This document shows, one piece after another, positions 1 to 10,459 of a stretch of 64,000 nucleotides of DNA. The number at the start of each line of letters is the position of its first letter. Positions within the stretch are counted from its first letter, which is position 1. The translations under genes and the position numbers were made by a program. Under the pieces are notes generated by a model that was not told the DNA's origin, did no database searches, and saw only the letters and a list, made by a program, of their open reading frames with translations. Location: positions 620,001 to 684,000 of the forward strand of contig BAAIJX010000003.1 of assembly GCA_054600435.1 (NCBI GenBank). Direction: 5' to 3'. This DNA is from Neophaeotheca triangularis (Eukaryota).

Positions 1-230
1 CGTATGCTGTCATCCTCCTTTGACTCGCCGAGTCGGTCGTGCTTCTTACCGAAGACACTCTTGCGAAGTGCGTTGCCCTCCCAGCGCTTCTTGCGGCCGT
101 CGCCTTGTGCTGCGTCTCCAACTTCGCTGTTTGCTCCGGTGGGGTTGGATTCCGAGTCTGTGTAGTCCGGGGTATCGAGAACGTCTGGCATACTGGCATC
201 GCCAGCGCCCAGGGTATCGGCGCCGCTCAT
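1..230 (-). CDS. 5' end of ISWI-family chromatin-remodelling ATPase (runs off the window)
   Basis: Manual translation from ATG 230: MSGADTLGAGDASMPDVLDTPDYTDSESNPT...RKSVFGKKHDRLGESKEDDSIR, matching the N-terminus I recall for Pezizomycotina ISWI (TPDYTDS...FGKKHDRLGESKEDDSIRRF). Not in the ORF track because it is truncated. Confidence 0.8.
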   Translation of the reverse strand, partial: MSGADTLGAGDASMPDVLDTPDYTDSESNPTGANSEVGDAAQGDGRKKRWEGNALRKSVFGKKHDRLGESKEDDSI

Positions 231-342
231 TGTCGAGGCAATAAGGTGTGTGGTAGTCGGTGGAGCTCAGTCGCGCCTCGCGCCTTATGCGGCCTCGTCC
301 GACCCTCCCAAAGCTCGAACTTTTTCGAGCGCGTCTCAATTA

Positions 343-356
343 ACGCGTCTACGCGT
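343..356. promoter_or_regulatory. Tandem MCB-like elements (ACGCGT x2) upstream of the ISWI gene
   Basis: ACGCGT at 343-348 and 351-356, about 115 nt upstream of the ATG. Confidence 0.35.
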
Positions 357-880
357 TTTCAGTAGTTGGAATTGAATGAAGGGTCAATTGCCGGTGTGTG
401 AAGAGCTGGTGGATGGCGTATGGGAGATGGTGAGCGTGTCTGAAAGAGAGCGTGACGAGTGTGAAAGGTCTGTGGGGGAGAGTGGAAGGTGGAATGGTAG
501 ACGTACCGTAACTTACATGTCCTAGCGCGATTTGAAGTGCGGGAAGGGACACCAGCCAATCGAAGCCAGACATCCAAGCCTTCCGCAGAGCCTCTCTGTA
601 GACCGCAGGTGCAGGCGAGTGAATGCCTTCAGAGAGATACTCCCACCACACACATACAATGCACACATATAATGCAGCTAAGACTGTAACAAACGAGTAC
701 AGGACATAGCTACGCTTTATACTATTCAGCTGCACCAATTTTGCATACAGCCATGTAACGCCGATCGATCATTGCGCCGTAGCCCTGACTAGCCGGCAAG
801 TGTTCATAACATATTCGTATCGCCCTTAGCACGAGTCGCCACGATGCCCGCAAAGCAACGTAAGAAGGGGAGAAGATTCC

Positions 881-2335
881 ATGAAGGGACGAGCTGTTGA
901 CTTACAGGATGCAGACCACCCAACAACAAGAGCATGGCTCCATGGCCTCTCTAATCCCGAAGATGTCAGAGCCAGCCGTTCAGACCAACCCAACTACTGG
1001 CTCTCACATCCGCAAAACCTAATCAGCACCACCAACATCCACAATATCTCCCTCGGCACAGGCGCTAGCATCTACCAATCCAACATCCTCCCTGCCATAG
1101 AAACGGCCCAGGACGAGGTAATCCTCGTAACTTGTTTCTGGGCGCGCTCACGCACGCTCGACATGCTTAACGCCAGTCTACGCAAACTCTCCTCCAAAGC
1201 GCAGAGCGAAGGCCGCCACATCCGCATTCGTATATTTTTCTCCTCGAGCTCTCTTTTCCAGAAACTGCTGCATACTTCCTCGCTGGCGGGGAAGGTGTAC
1301 GGGCCGGAGACGTGGCAGAAGAAGTTTGGGTTACCCTCGAAAGATGAAATCCCAGGGCTGGACTTGTCGATTAAGAGCATTTTCTTGCTACCTTTTAGCG
1401 TTATGCATCCGAAGTTTGTCGTCGTTGATCGCGAGAGGGTGTTCCTACCGAGTTGCAACGTCAGCTGGGAAGACTGGTTTGAGGGCTGCGTAGAGCTGAG
1501 TGGCAAGATTACGGAGCAGTTCCTGATGTTCTGGTCGAAATTCTGGAACGGCGACCAGGAGCAAATTGCGTGTGAAGACCGGTCGTCCAATGAACGCGAT
1601 ACATCATACCTCCAATCTAACAGTGTTCGAGAAGCGGCGGGCGAGCTCCTGGCCCAGGAAAACCTCACACTCAGTGGTGTCAGTGCCGTCTTCCTACCCT
1701 CACCGCATCATCGCAACCCGCGCTTCGTGCTACCTTGGCAGGAATGTCCACCACCTCCCCCAACGCCCCTGAATGTTTTCATCCTCGCAGCGCTGAACGG
1801 AGCGCAGACGCACATACGCGTACAAACACCCAACGTCACCGCACCCCCCGTTCTATCAGCCTTACTGTCCGCACTTCGCCGCGGCGTCGATGTCGAAATC
1901 GTCACAAGCGAACGACTCATGATACTGGAGCAGCTGATACTAGCCCAGAGCACGACACCCCGGTGCGTCAAGAAGCTCATCAAAAGGCACTCAGCACTCC
2001 GCGACCAATGGAATCAGAGCAGCCAAACTGGCGACTTTGCGGAACTAGAGGCAGGCAGCTTGCTCAAGCCCGGACGGCTGCATGTCTCATATTATGTGCC
2101 TCGCTCTTACCAGGGAGAAAAACCGCCTCCAGAGCCCGTGCAGTCGCATTTCAAGTGCATGATTGTTGATCATGACATCACGATCCTTGGGAGTGGGAAT
2201 ATGGATCGCCCTTCTTGGTATTCTAGCCAGGAGTTGGGTGTAGCGTTTATGGACTCTGGCTTTGCGACGACTGTGGAACAGGCTGCTAGAGCCGCGTTGG
2301 AAGGGCGGCTTAAGCTTGTGCATGATAGTAAGTAA
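881..2335 (+). CDS. Phospholipase D superfamily protein with two HKD motifs (cardiolipin-synthase-like group)
   Basis: HPKFVVVD and HFKCMIVD...GSGNMD (HxKxxxxD) motifs in a 484-aa ORF. Confidence 0.85.
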   Translation: MKGRAVDLQDADHPTTRAWLHGLSNPEDVRASRSDQPNYWLSHPQNLISTTNIHNISLGTGASIYQSNILPAIETAQDEVILVTCFWARSRTLDMLNASLRKLSSKAQSEGRHIRIRIFFSSSSLFQKLLHTSSLAGKVYGPETWQKKFGLPSKDEIPGLDLSIKSIFLLPFSVMHPKFVVVDRERVFLPSCNVSWEDWFEGCVELSGKITEQFLMFWSKFWNGDQEQIACEDRSSNERDTSYLQSNSVREAAGELLAQENLTLSGVSAVFLPSPHHRNPRFVLPWQECPPPPPTPLNVFILAALNGAQTHIRVQTPNVTAPPVLSALLSALRRGVDVEIVTSERLMILEQLILAQSTTPRCVKKLIKRHSALRDQWNQSSQTGDFAELEAGSLLKPGRLHVSYYVPRSYQGEKPPPEPVQSHFKCMIVDHDITILGSGNMDRPSWYSSQELGVAFMDSGFATTVEQAARAALEGRLKLVHDSK

Positions 2336-2463
2336 GCTCTAAGCGGCAATGTAAGGGTCAAGTGTCCGATTGTCCAATAACTTCTTTGACCACAAATTGC
2401 ATGGTTGTTGCCGTTTCGGTGAATAGTCACCGCCGTTAGCAAGTGCCATGGTTGCAATGTATG

Positions 2464-3429
2464 CTAAGGTAGCTCTGCTCTTGGTCTTGGTGCGGCATGC
2501 TGCGCAGTTGCCGGGTCCAAATTTTGTGATGAATACCGAGCGTGGCCAGCTTGATCTGATTGGTGGGTGGCAAAGATGGGAGTCTGTCCGGACAGGCGCT
2601 CGGGCTCAGTATAGTTTGTGTTCTCGTCGCCAAGAGGCACGTCAGGCCTGCTGCTCTGTCCCATCGGTTGATTGACCGAGTGCTCCTCTGGCTCAGCGAA
2701 ATTATGATGGCCTTGGAAAGAAGTCCTAAAATTGGAGGGCTCGCGCTCCCAATGCGAGGAAATTCTCGGTGCCGCAGAAGCCACACCCACACGCTGCTGC
2801 TGCCCATCCTCCTGCGGCAGCTCCGGCAGCGGCTTATTCCTACTAGCCTCCGTGCCCCTAGAGCCCTGCCTACTATGCCCACTACCACTCCCAACCCCTT
2901 CCTCCATAACTCTCGCCACCAGCTTCTCCTTCAAGGCTCCATGACTCTTCCGTAGATTCCCCTTAATAAATCCGGTCAACAGGAAATTACACCGCATGTC
3001 CACATCCTCGCGGTAATACAGACCCTCCCTGGGCGCCTCGAGCCCCAATTCTCGCTCCTCTCTCGGCTCTCCCGGTTCGTTCCCACCTACCGTCCACTTG
3101 CCCCTGATGTCCAGCCCGCTCGGCGCGTAGACGTGGGTCTGGCAACCCGACGGCACGTCGTAGAAGCAGGCCTTGTACGTGACTGTGCCGGACGCGAGGT
3201 TGTAGGGCAGGTAGTTGATGGTGTCTGTGATTTCGTACCAGGCGCAGGCGGTCTCGCGCTCATCTTCTGGCGCGGAAGCGTGAGGGGTTGTGGCGGTATA
3301 GTTTTGGACTAGAGGGTTGAGGGTTATGAGGGTGCCGTGGTCGTGGAGGGCGCGGATGGCTTGGGCGCGAGTTACGGAGGGTGGGAGAGGGGTTATGACT
3401 GTGAAGACGGTGCGTTTGGTGAGGGACAT
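2464..3429 (-). CDS. Conserved fungal protein, DUF7053-like N-terminal domain plus disordered tail
   Basis: 321-aa ORF; TVITPLP...LHDH...ITLNPLV, WYEITD and REDVDMRCN are typical of this fungal family. Confidence 0.65.
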   Translation of the reverse strand: MSLTKRTVFTVITPLPPSVTRAQAIRALHDHGTLITLNPLVQNYTATTPHASAPEDERETACAWYEITDTINYLPYNLASGTVTYKACFYDVPSGCQTHVYAPSGLDIRGKWTVGGNEPGEPREERELGLEAPREGLYYREDVDMRCNFLLTGFIKGNLRKSHGALKEKLVARVMEEGVGSGSGHSRQGSRGTEASRNKPLPELPQEDGQQQRVGVASAAPRISSHWEREPSNFRTSFQGHHNFAEPEEHSVNQPMGQSSRPDVPLGDENTNYTEPERLSGQTPIFATHQSDQAGHARYSSQNLDPATAQHAAPRPRAELP

Positions 3430-4111
3430 GATGGGTTGTCGGGGCTTGGTTGTCTTGCAAGGCGATATTTATGTGTGAAAGGTGCTTCTTTGTTGAAGAA
3501 GAGATTGGATGCAGGTGTTGTTCTGTTATGGAGCTGCTTAGAGAGGGATATCATATTTTATATCATTGTGCTAAGCACGATACACCGTCGCAGGTAAGCG
3601 TCTTGTTGGTGTTGGTTGCGTTTGTCAAGTGTCTCGTTTGTCTATATTTGTCTTGCAGGCGAAGTACGTGCAGGGCTACATAGCTACATAGCAACATATT
3701 ATTATTGTTGCCCTGGTTTGTGGTGGAGGTGTTGTTGGAGCAGCTTCAGCCTCCTCCACAACTCAGCCACAGCATGCCCAGGTGGCCACTGCTCACACAC
3801 GCGCCCGGCTCGTGCCTTGCGCGCCAACGGGAAACGGGACGGGAGGCTTAATTACATGACGGCGGTGACGGCATGATGCAAACTCGTTGCAGGGCAACAC
3901 CTTGGAAGCCCAGCGTAAGGTAGGTAGTACTTACTCCAGGTTGGAAACGGTCCAGGCCATTCGAATCTGAATCTTTACAAGTTTGGAAGGAACGAGATAA
4001 GTTAGGGAAAGTACCTCGCTTTAACTTATTATCAGTACACCTCCGACATCCATCCATCCTCCCTCCCACCCTCCCGCACCACAACTACCCCCGTACCATC
4101 AGCAAACGAAC

Positions 4112-5605
4112 ATGGTCTGGGATCAAATCGAGGCGACACCGCCTCATCTATCCTATTTGCTGATCTCGACCTTTCTGATCAGCTACTGCCTCTTCTCCAC
4201 CTTCATCCGCAACCGCCTCCATCTCAGCGAGCCGCCCATCGCCTTGCTGATTGGCATAGTCCTGGGCCCGCGAGTTTTAGGATGGCTCAATCCCGCTGTC
4301 TGCGGCGTAATAGGCTGCTCTGACCGGCCGGACAACCAAATTGGCGGCTGGGGCTGGGGCGACGATATTGTTCAAGAGGCCACTCGTGTCATTGTCGGCA
4401 TTCAGGTCTTCGTCGTCGGTGTCGAGCTGCCTAAATACTACGCGAGCCGCCATTGGAAGTCCGTCGCGATGCTGCTGGGACCTGTTATGACTTTCAGCTG
4501 GTTCATTTGCGCCGCCATTGTTTACCTGATATTTCATACCAGTTTCAAGACCGCTCTTGTGGTTGCCGCCTGCCTGACCCCCACGGATCCCGTACTTGCC
4601 GCCAGCATTATTAGCAACAGCCAGTTCAGCACCCGCGTGCCCAAACGCATTAAGGACATGCTTGCCGCCGAGTCTGGCTGCAACGACGGCATTTCCTTTC
4701 CATTCCTCTACGTGGGCCTCCAAGCCCTCACCTCCTCAACCACTGGTGAAGCTGTCAAAGAGTGGTGGCTTCTTACCATCCTGTGGCAATGTGTGTTCGG
4801 CGCAGCAGTTGGCATGATTCTCGGCACCTTCTTCAACAGGGTCCTGCGCTTCTCAGACGACAGAGGCTATATCGACCGCGCAGGCTTCGTAGTCTTCTAT
4901 CTCTTACTCGCTGTCCTGAGCGTCGGTATCGCCAGCACTCTCGGCAGCGATGATTTCCTAATCGCCTTCGGCTGCGGTTATGGTTTCGCACGCGACGGCT
5001 GGTTTGCCAAGAAGACGAAAGACAGCAACGTCGGCGATATCATCGACCTCATGCTGAACAGTGCAATGTTCGTCTACCTAGGCGCAATCATCCCATGGCA
5101 CGCCTTCAGCCCGACGGGCATGACGCCTTGGATCACCCCCGGGCGACTCGTTGGTTTCCTCGTGCTCGTGCTGCTGTTCCGCCGCATTCCGATCATGCTT
5201 GCAACCTACCGCTGGAACCCTGACATTCGTACGTGGCGTGAAGCTCTGTTTTGCGGCCATTTCGGTCCCATGGGCCTCGGAGGCTTGTTTCTCGCCATTG
5301 AGGCGCGTGCAGTCCTGGAGACCGGAAGCTCTTTGCCGATGCCCCACCCACCGGAGGCCGGGCGGCCTTACACCGAGACTGAAATTGCGATCGAGACCGT
5401 ATGGCCGCTCGTATGCTTCATTGTAATGGGCTCGACGCTAGTTCACGGGCTGAGTGTTTTGGCGCTCAGCATTGCTAGTCACTTCAAAAGGCCCAAAGAC
5501 CAGCGGGCGGGCGTTCTGGCTGCCGAGACGGAGCCTTTGGCAGGTATGGTGCACGAGGATGGAGATGGAGAGAGCGAGCCTGAGGACAGCGATGTGGAAG
5601 CTTGA
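4112..5605 (+). CDS. CPA1-family Na+(K+)/H+ antiporter (Nha1/Sod2-like)
   Basis: Many TM segments; TPTDPVLA, AESGCNDG, SDDFL and GHFGPMG motifs. Confidence 0.9.
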   Translation: MVWDQIEATPPHLSYLLISTFLISYCLFSTFIRNRLHLSEPPIALLIGIVLGPRVLGWLNPAVCGVIGCSDRPDNQIGGWGWGDDIVQEATRVIVGIQVFVVGVELPKYYASRHWKSVAMLLGPVMTFSWFICAAIVYLIFHTSFKTALVVAACLTPTDPVLAASIISNSQFSTRVPKRIKDMLAAESGCNDGISFPFLYVGLQALTSSTTGEAVKEWWLLTILWQCVFGAAVGMILGTFFNRVLRFSDDRGYIDRAGFVVFYLLLAVLSVGIASTLGSDDFLIAFGCGYGFARDGWFAKKTKDSNVGDIIDLMLNSAMFVYLGAIIPWHAFSPTGMTPWITPGRLVGFLVLVLLFRRIPIMLATYRWNPDIRTWREALFCGHFGPMGLGGLFLAIEARAVLETGSSLPMPHPPEAGRPYTETEIAIETVWPLVCFIVMGSTLVHGLSVLALSIASHFKRPKDQRAGVLAAETEPLAGMVHEDGDGESEPEDSDVEA

Positions 5606-6015
5606 TCGACGGCGAAACGACATGCACTTTTCAGACATTTTGCTTTCCCATGCACCGTTTTGAGAAGAGCGTGGCCTAAGATTGCTGTGGGCACAGCTCG
5701 AACAGCGGTATAGTTCCTGTACGATACTATCTATTTCTTAATAAGAAGTTCCGATCATGATGCTTCGAGGAAAGCTGCACATTTTCGAGTGGCTCACTTC
5801 AGTTCAAAATGCAGACACTAGATCGGGCATCGCAGATGCAGTGACGCGGTTCGCCAAATGTGTCGCCTTTGTTCTCTATCCAACGGCGTTATTTATACGA
5901 ACCATCGAGAGTTTATAGCAGATAGCTAACTCAACAAAGAAGTTGGTCTCGAAGCATAGCATCATTGTATGGCAGCCTTGGCGTGGAGGAAGAAGGGGTC
6001 GCCAAGACGCTCTGG

Positions 6016-6128
6016 CATTCCAGCGCAGCCTGCTGAAAGGCTATGGAATGGGACTACTCCTGAAGCAAACAAAAGACTTGTGCGGCTCATCGTCGGATCG
6101 ATGGTCACTCGGCCTACGTCTAGGAATG
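6016..6128. promoter_or_regulatory. Three AbaA/TEA-type response elements (CATTCC) in the wetA promoter
   Basis: CATTCC at 6016-6021 (+); GGAATG at 6045-6050 and 6123-6128 (CATTCC on -); 210-320 nt upstream of the wetA ATG. Confidence 0.55.
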
Positions 6129-6337
6129 TTGAGGGGCTGGGATGGGAGGTTACAATAGCTTGATGCTGCGATAATTCTGATCTGACAGCTCGCTACAACA
6201 ACAACATTGTGCTACTCTTCGGTCTTCTGCCATTGTACGCACTACCAACACCAATCCAGGCCAACCGGTGACCCTCTTATCTACCTCATCGCCTCCGTCG
6301 TTCGCTCCAGACTACCATCGACGAAAACCTACGGTCC

Positions 6338-8188
6338 ATGTCAAGTGAGAGCGCTCCTCACACCAACAGCAGCGTCATGGCCCATGTACAATGCCAGATG
6401 CGGCCAGAAAACAAAGAACCCCAACCAGAGTGGTCATCGATTTGCAACAATGTCTTTGACCAATACCTCGACGGCGACGACCCCTTTGACTTCGACGCCG
6501 TGACGCACGAGCGAAGCAGCTCGAACGACTCTAGCGCCCTGTTCAACTTCTCCGGCGGCTCGGAACAAAGCAACGTCACGGGCGGCACGTCGCCAATACC
6601 TGCCTGGGGCGAGTCGGTTGTGCAAAGCATCGAGGCTCCCGACGGACAGGCTGCCAGACTCCAGCCGGAACCCAAGGCTCCCGTTGACTTCTGGGCTCGC
6701 ACCCTCAAGGCTCTGGAGCAGAACGCTGCCGCATCGGAGAAGCAGCAGCGTCAGCAGGTCTTGCGTACAGCAAAGTCTCACCCCGACTTTCTCAGTCTGG
6801 GCGGCCATCCTTCACCACCTGCCATTCCGGTCTCAACGCCCAGCCAAACGCTTTCCGTCCAGCGCCAACGCCATCGCATGCCTGCAGGAGCCACGAGCAA
6901 CCGCAATACCACCCGTCAGCCCAGCGCCGTCCGGTCAGTCTCCCGTGGCCGACCGCTAGGTGTAGCCAAAACCGGCGGGAGCTCCAGCAACCGCAAGATC
7001 AGCCTGTCGCCCACCAAAATGATGACACCATCGCGCTACCGCGCAGCCTCGCGCACAGGCTTCCGCGACGTCTGGGCCCAGCGCGTTGTCAGCGGCATGG
7101 ACAAACACGATATCCGTGTACCAACATTGATGCATCAGGGTCTACCGGTTTCGCCTCCGCATTCAGGGCATCTGATGCAAGAGGACGAGTTCGCAGTCTT
7201 CGGCAGCCCTGAGCGCGGGTATGCCGGTAATGGGTACTACGAAGACCAGATGTCGCCGTTGGCGGTGAATTTCCAGCAGCAAGCGAGGCTACATACGCCT
7301 GCTAGGTCGCCGATGCTGAGTCCAAGGAGTCGGGACGTGGACGGGTATTTCGTCGAGGCGGTGCCGCAGATCCCGCCCAATCCTTACATGCCACGAACCG
7401 TGCCTTTGAACGATACCACGCCGTTGTATCCTGAGCGCACATCTTCGCTCGCGCCGAATAGACTCCAGGCCTTTGACTTTGGCTTCTCAAGTCCTCATGA
7501 AGAGCTCGATGCCTGGGGCGCGGCTTCTTTCAGCGAACCAACGTCGCATCCTTACTACCACCGCGAGCACTTCTCGCAACAGGCAGACCCTTTTGTCGGC
7601 GCTGAGAACCCCGTGCCTGGGTCTCCTGTTTTCGAGAGCGCTGGGCTGGGTATAAGTTGCGATCCGTCGCTCGTCTCAAACTTCACCGCGGTCACAAACA
7701 ACTCCTCGGTGCCAACGGAGATGTACCAACCGCCTCAAGCACTCATGACACCTTACCACATCCCTACGCAAGCAAGTAAAACCGAGCCCAACACCCCGCA
7801 CAACCGCCGCCGTCGCCACGCACGTTCGAGATCCTACGCCGACTCGCCTTCGCCCTCACCCACACCCACAGCTCCGCGTTCTCGCCAGCGCTCTTCCTCC
7901 CGACGTGCAGTGTCCCGCCACCGCCGCACAAAATCCTCAACCGTCACCCCAAGACAGGCGCAAAACGGCGCATCGTCGCAACAAGGCGGTTTCGTAAATT
8001 ACACTCCCAACGACAAAGGCAAGATCCTCAACGGCGTCGCGCCGTCGGGTTCTTCGAAGACGAAAGCCCGGCGCGAAAAAGAGGCTGCCGACAAAAGGCG
8101 CAAGTTTAGCCAGGCGGCTGCGCAGGCTGTACTGGAGCTGGGAGGGGATTTGGATAGTCTTGCTAAGGCGGGGCTGTTGGCTAGTTAA
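6338..8188 (+). CDS. wetA: Conidial maturation regulator WetA
   Basis: C-terminal ESC1/WetA domain FVNYTPNDKGKILNGVAPSGSSKTKARREKEAADKRRK; S/P-rich body. Confidence 0.85.
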   Translation: MSSESAPHTNSSVMAHVQCQMRPENKEPQPEWSSICNNVFDQYLDGDDPFDFDAVTHERSSSNDSSALFNFSGGSEQSNVTGGTSPIPAWGESVVQSIEAPDGQAARLQPEPKAPVDFWARTLKALEQNAAASEKQQRQQVLRTAKSHPDFLSLGGHPSPPAIPVSTPSQTLSVQRQRHRMPAGATSNRNTTRQPSAVRSVSRGRPLGVAKTGGSSSNRKISLSPTKMMTPSRYRAASRTGFRDVWAQRVVSGMDKHDIRVPTLMHQGLPVSPPHSGHLMQEDEFAVFGSPERGYAGNGYYEDQMSPLAVNFQQQARLHTPARSPMLSPRSRDVDGYFVEAVPQIPPNPYMPRTVPLNDTTPLYPERTSSLAPNRLQAFDFGFSSPHEELDAWGAASFSEPTSHPYYHREHFSQQADPFVGAENPVPGSPVFESAGLGISCDPSLVSNFTAVTNNSSVPTEMYQPPQALMTPYHIPTQASKTEPNTPHNRRRRHARSRSYADSPSPSPTPTAPRSRQRSSSRRAVSRHRRTKSSTVTPRQAQNGASSQQGGFVNYTPNDKGKILNGVAPSGSSKTKARREKEAADKRRKFSQAAAQAVLELGGDLDSLAKAGLLAS

Positions 8189-8305
8189 CAAAGGGGGATT
8201 ACAATATCGGGATAATTGGATTTTATGTGATGTGATGTGATGTATGTACTTCTCTATTGAGCTTCACGAATTTGATATTGTATCGGCTTGTTAATATCTT
8301 GTAGT

Positions 8306-9245
8306 TTACCGTTGAGAACAGAGGCCGTTCTCGAGGAACGGAATGAGCTCGTCCAGCCTATCAGACCCCCGAGCAAGGGGCATTTTGTCAACTCACGGTT
8401 CTAATAATCTTTCAACGTCATAGTGCCAGGGTCAGCAACTCACCTACTCACAACGACATCCGTCCTCTCATCCTGCTCCAACTCCTCCTTCCCCTCACTC
8501 CGTAGCAAAACTGTCAACGCACCCGCCTCATACCCCGCTTCCACATCATCAACACTGTCCCCCACCATAATCAACGGCAACAACCGCTCTCTCGCCGGTG
8601 TCTCCGGCATTTCCGCCGAAGCCACAATCCCCCACTCCCGCGCAATATGCAACAAACCAGCCGGACTAGGTTTCGGCGGCCTAAAATCCCTCGTAACTAC
8701 AGGCGCGAACGCATTAATGTGCTCGGGCAAATGCGTCGTCAGCAAGTGATTGACCGGCGCGTCGAAATTCCGGGTACAGATTCCTTTGCGGATGGCGTGT
8801 TTGTCGAGATATTCCATGAGGGTTACCAGCCCTGCTTGCGGGACTTGTTGCGACATTGCGCGGCGCTCGATGGCTTGGATGGAGGCGTGGGCGCTTTCTT
8901 GCTCCGCTGGGGGGAGGGAATGGATGTGTGTCAGGATGTCGGTGGTCTTGGGGATGCAGAGGGCGGCGCGCATTTCGGTGAACCTTTGTTTTTCGGGGGT
9001 TCTGGTTAGGGGTGAGTGCATTAAGGGAGGTTGGGTTTGTGTTCACATGTGGTTTTGCGGTTCGCCTTGTCGGGGTATTGGATTAGGATGGGTTGGTTGT
9101 TGGAAGCTAATTGAGAGTTACGGTTGGCTAGCTACGTACATAGAGTCCCGTCCATGTCGAAAATGATGCCTTGGAGCTTGTGAGTGCTATTGTCCCTCGC
9201 ACTGCCGTCCAGAGGGGCGAATCGGTGTCGACTGGTTCCTGCCAT
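8306..9245 (-). CDS. HAD-superfamily hydrolase (YOR131C-like), 4 exons
   Basis: Spliced reading: MAGTS...GIIFDMDGTLC / EPQNHM / FTEMRAAL...ICTRN...PPKPSP...MVGDSVDD...VVSR / LDELIPFLENGLCSQR*; HAD motifs I-IV; GT-AG introns. Confidence 0.88.
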
Positions 9246-9597
9246 TGTGGCAAGATCTGCCTTGTGTTGCTTCAAGATTGTTGTTCCCGGCCTGAAGGTC
9301 AGTAGCGCCCTACGAGAAGTACACGTGAATATCATGAGAAGTACGGTGAGGATCGAATGTAAACGAGCTGTGAATAGTCTAAAGGTGATATCCAGATGGG
9401 CCGATATCCTTCTTGACGTCGACGTCGTCGTCCGCCGATAAGATTAGATAGGGATCTTATCTGCTGCACGCACTGACCATGCAGTTTAGCTACACCTTCG
9501 AGGTGACCTTTCGAAACATCCTCCACTTTGCGCCAACCTTCATCCGCCAACGAAGGCACCCTCCACACGTACAAGAACTCACAAGACAGTCGCAAAG

Positions 9598-10459
9598 ATG
9601 CCAAAATATAAGTCTATTCCTTTTTCAACTGGAAAACAGCACTTACTGACCAATTTGCACTCTTCTGTAGGTCCCACCCTCACCCCGAGCCAATTCCGCG
9701 CATTGCGACATTCGCGACCTCCCTTGACCTTCTCTAACGCGCTTTACAGGCGACTACTGCGATGTCTATCTCACCCACGACTCCATGAGCGTGCGCAAGG
9801 CCCACAACAGCGGTCGCAATCATCTCCGCAACGTTGTTGAATACTATCAGCGTACGTTCAAGCTACAGCGAGCTCCTGGCAACAAATCTAGACATCAGAT
9901 GCACTAACAACGGGTCCCCACAGGCATCAGCCAAGAGCAGGCCCAGCAGGTGATCGATAACATCACAAACGCCTATGAAGAGGCCGGTCAAGGCAGCAGC
10001 AACCCTATGATCGGGGCCCAAGCACCAGGCAGCATGCCAGCATTTCCTCCTGGTTTCCCCGCCATGCCCAACATGCCTGCCGGTGAGTCTTCCGAGTCCC
10101 CCTCGTCCTCGAGCGAAATGGCTGACCTGAGTATTGCCGACAAAGGCATGCCTCCTCTCAACTTCGCGCCGCCTCAGGGTATGCCCCCCGGCTTCCCACC
10201 TGGCGGTATGCCACCACCACCAGGGGGAATGCCGCCGGGCTTCCCGCCTCCTCAGCAAGGGTCCGCCAACTCGCCCTTTCCACCGGGTGGTATGCCATTC
10301 CCTCCGCCAGGTGGCATGCCTCCGGGTTTTGGCGCCGCCGGCAGCCCCGCGCCTGGCCCTGCTGGCTCGCCCCCAGCGGGTATGCCACCGGGCTTTGGTG
10401 GACCGCCTCCGGGCATGAATGGGCCATCAGGTGGTCAGAGGGACGGACGTGGATATTAA
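9598..10459 (+). CDS. YHC1: U1 snRNP protein C (U1-C/Yhc1 homolog); exons 9598-9607, 9661-9666, 9750-9851, 9924-10082, 10146-10459
   Basis: Spliced product [39 protein letters not shown]... is the U1-C zinc finger, followed by the Pro/Gly/Met-rich tail. Confidence 0.93.
9608..9660 (+). other. Non-canonical AT-AC intron (53 nt) with U2-type signals
   Basis: Starts ATAAGT, branch TACTGAC at 9644-9650, ends TTGCAC; its removal restores the U1-C frame and the FF residues. Confidence 0.8.

Noticed and set aside
9608..9660. U12-type (minor spliceosome) reading of the AT-AC intron
   Set aside because: The donor is ATAAGT, not ATATCCTT, and the branch is TACTGAC, not TCCTTAAC; the TATTCCTTT-like stretch is offset from the junction.
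9612..9749. Canonical GT-AG or twin-intron solution for the U1-C 5' end
   Set aside because: Using GTCTAT at 9612 shifts the zinc finger out of frame and loses the FF residues.
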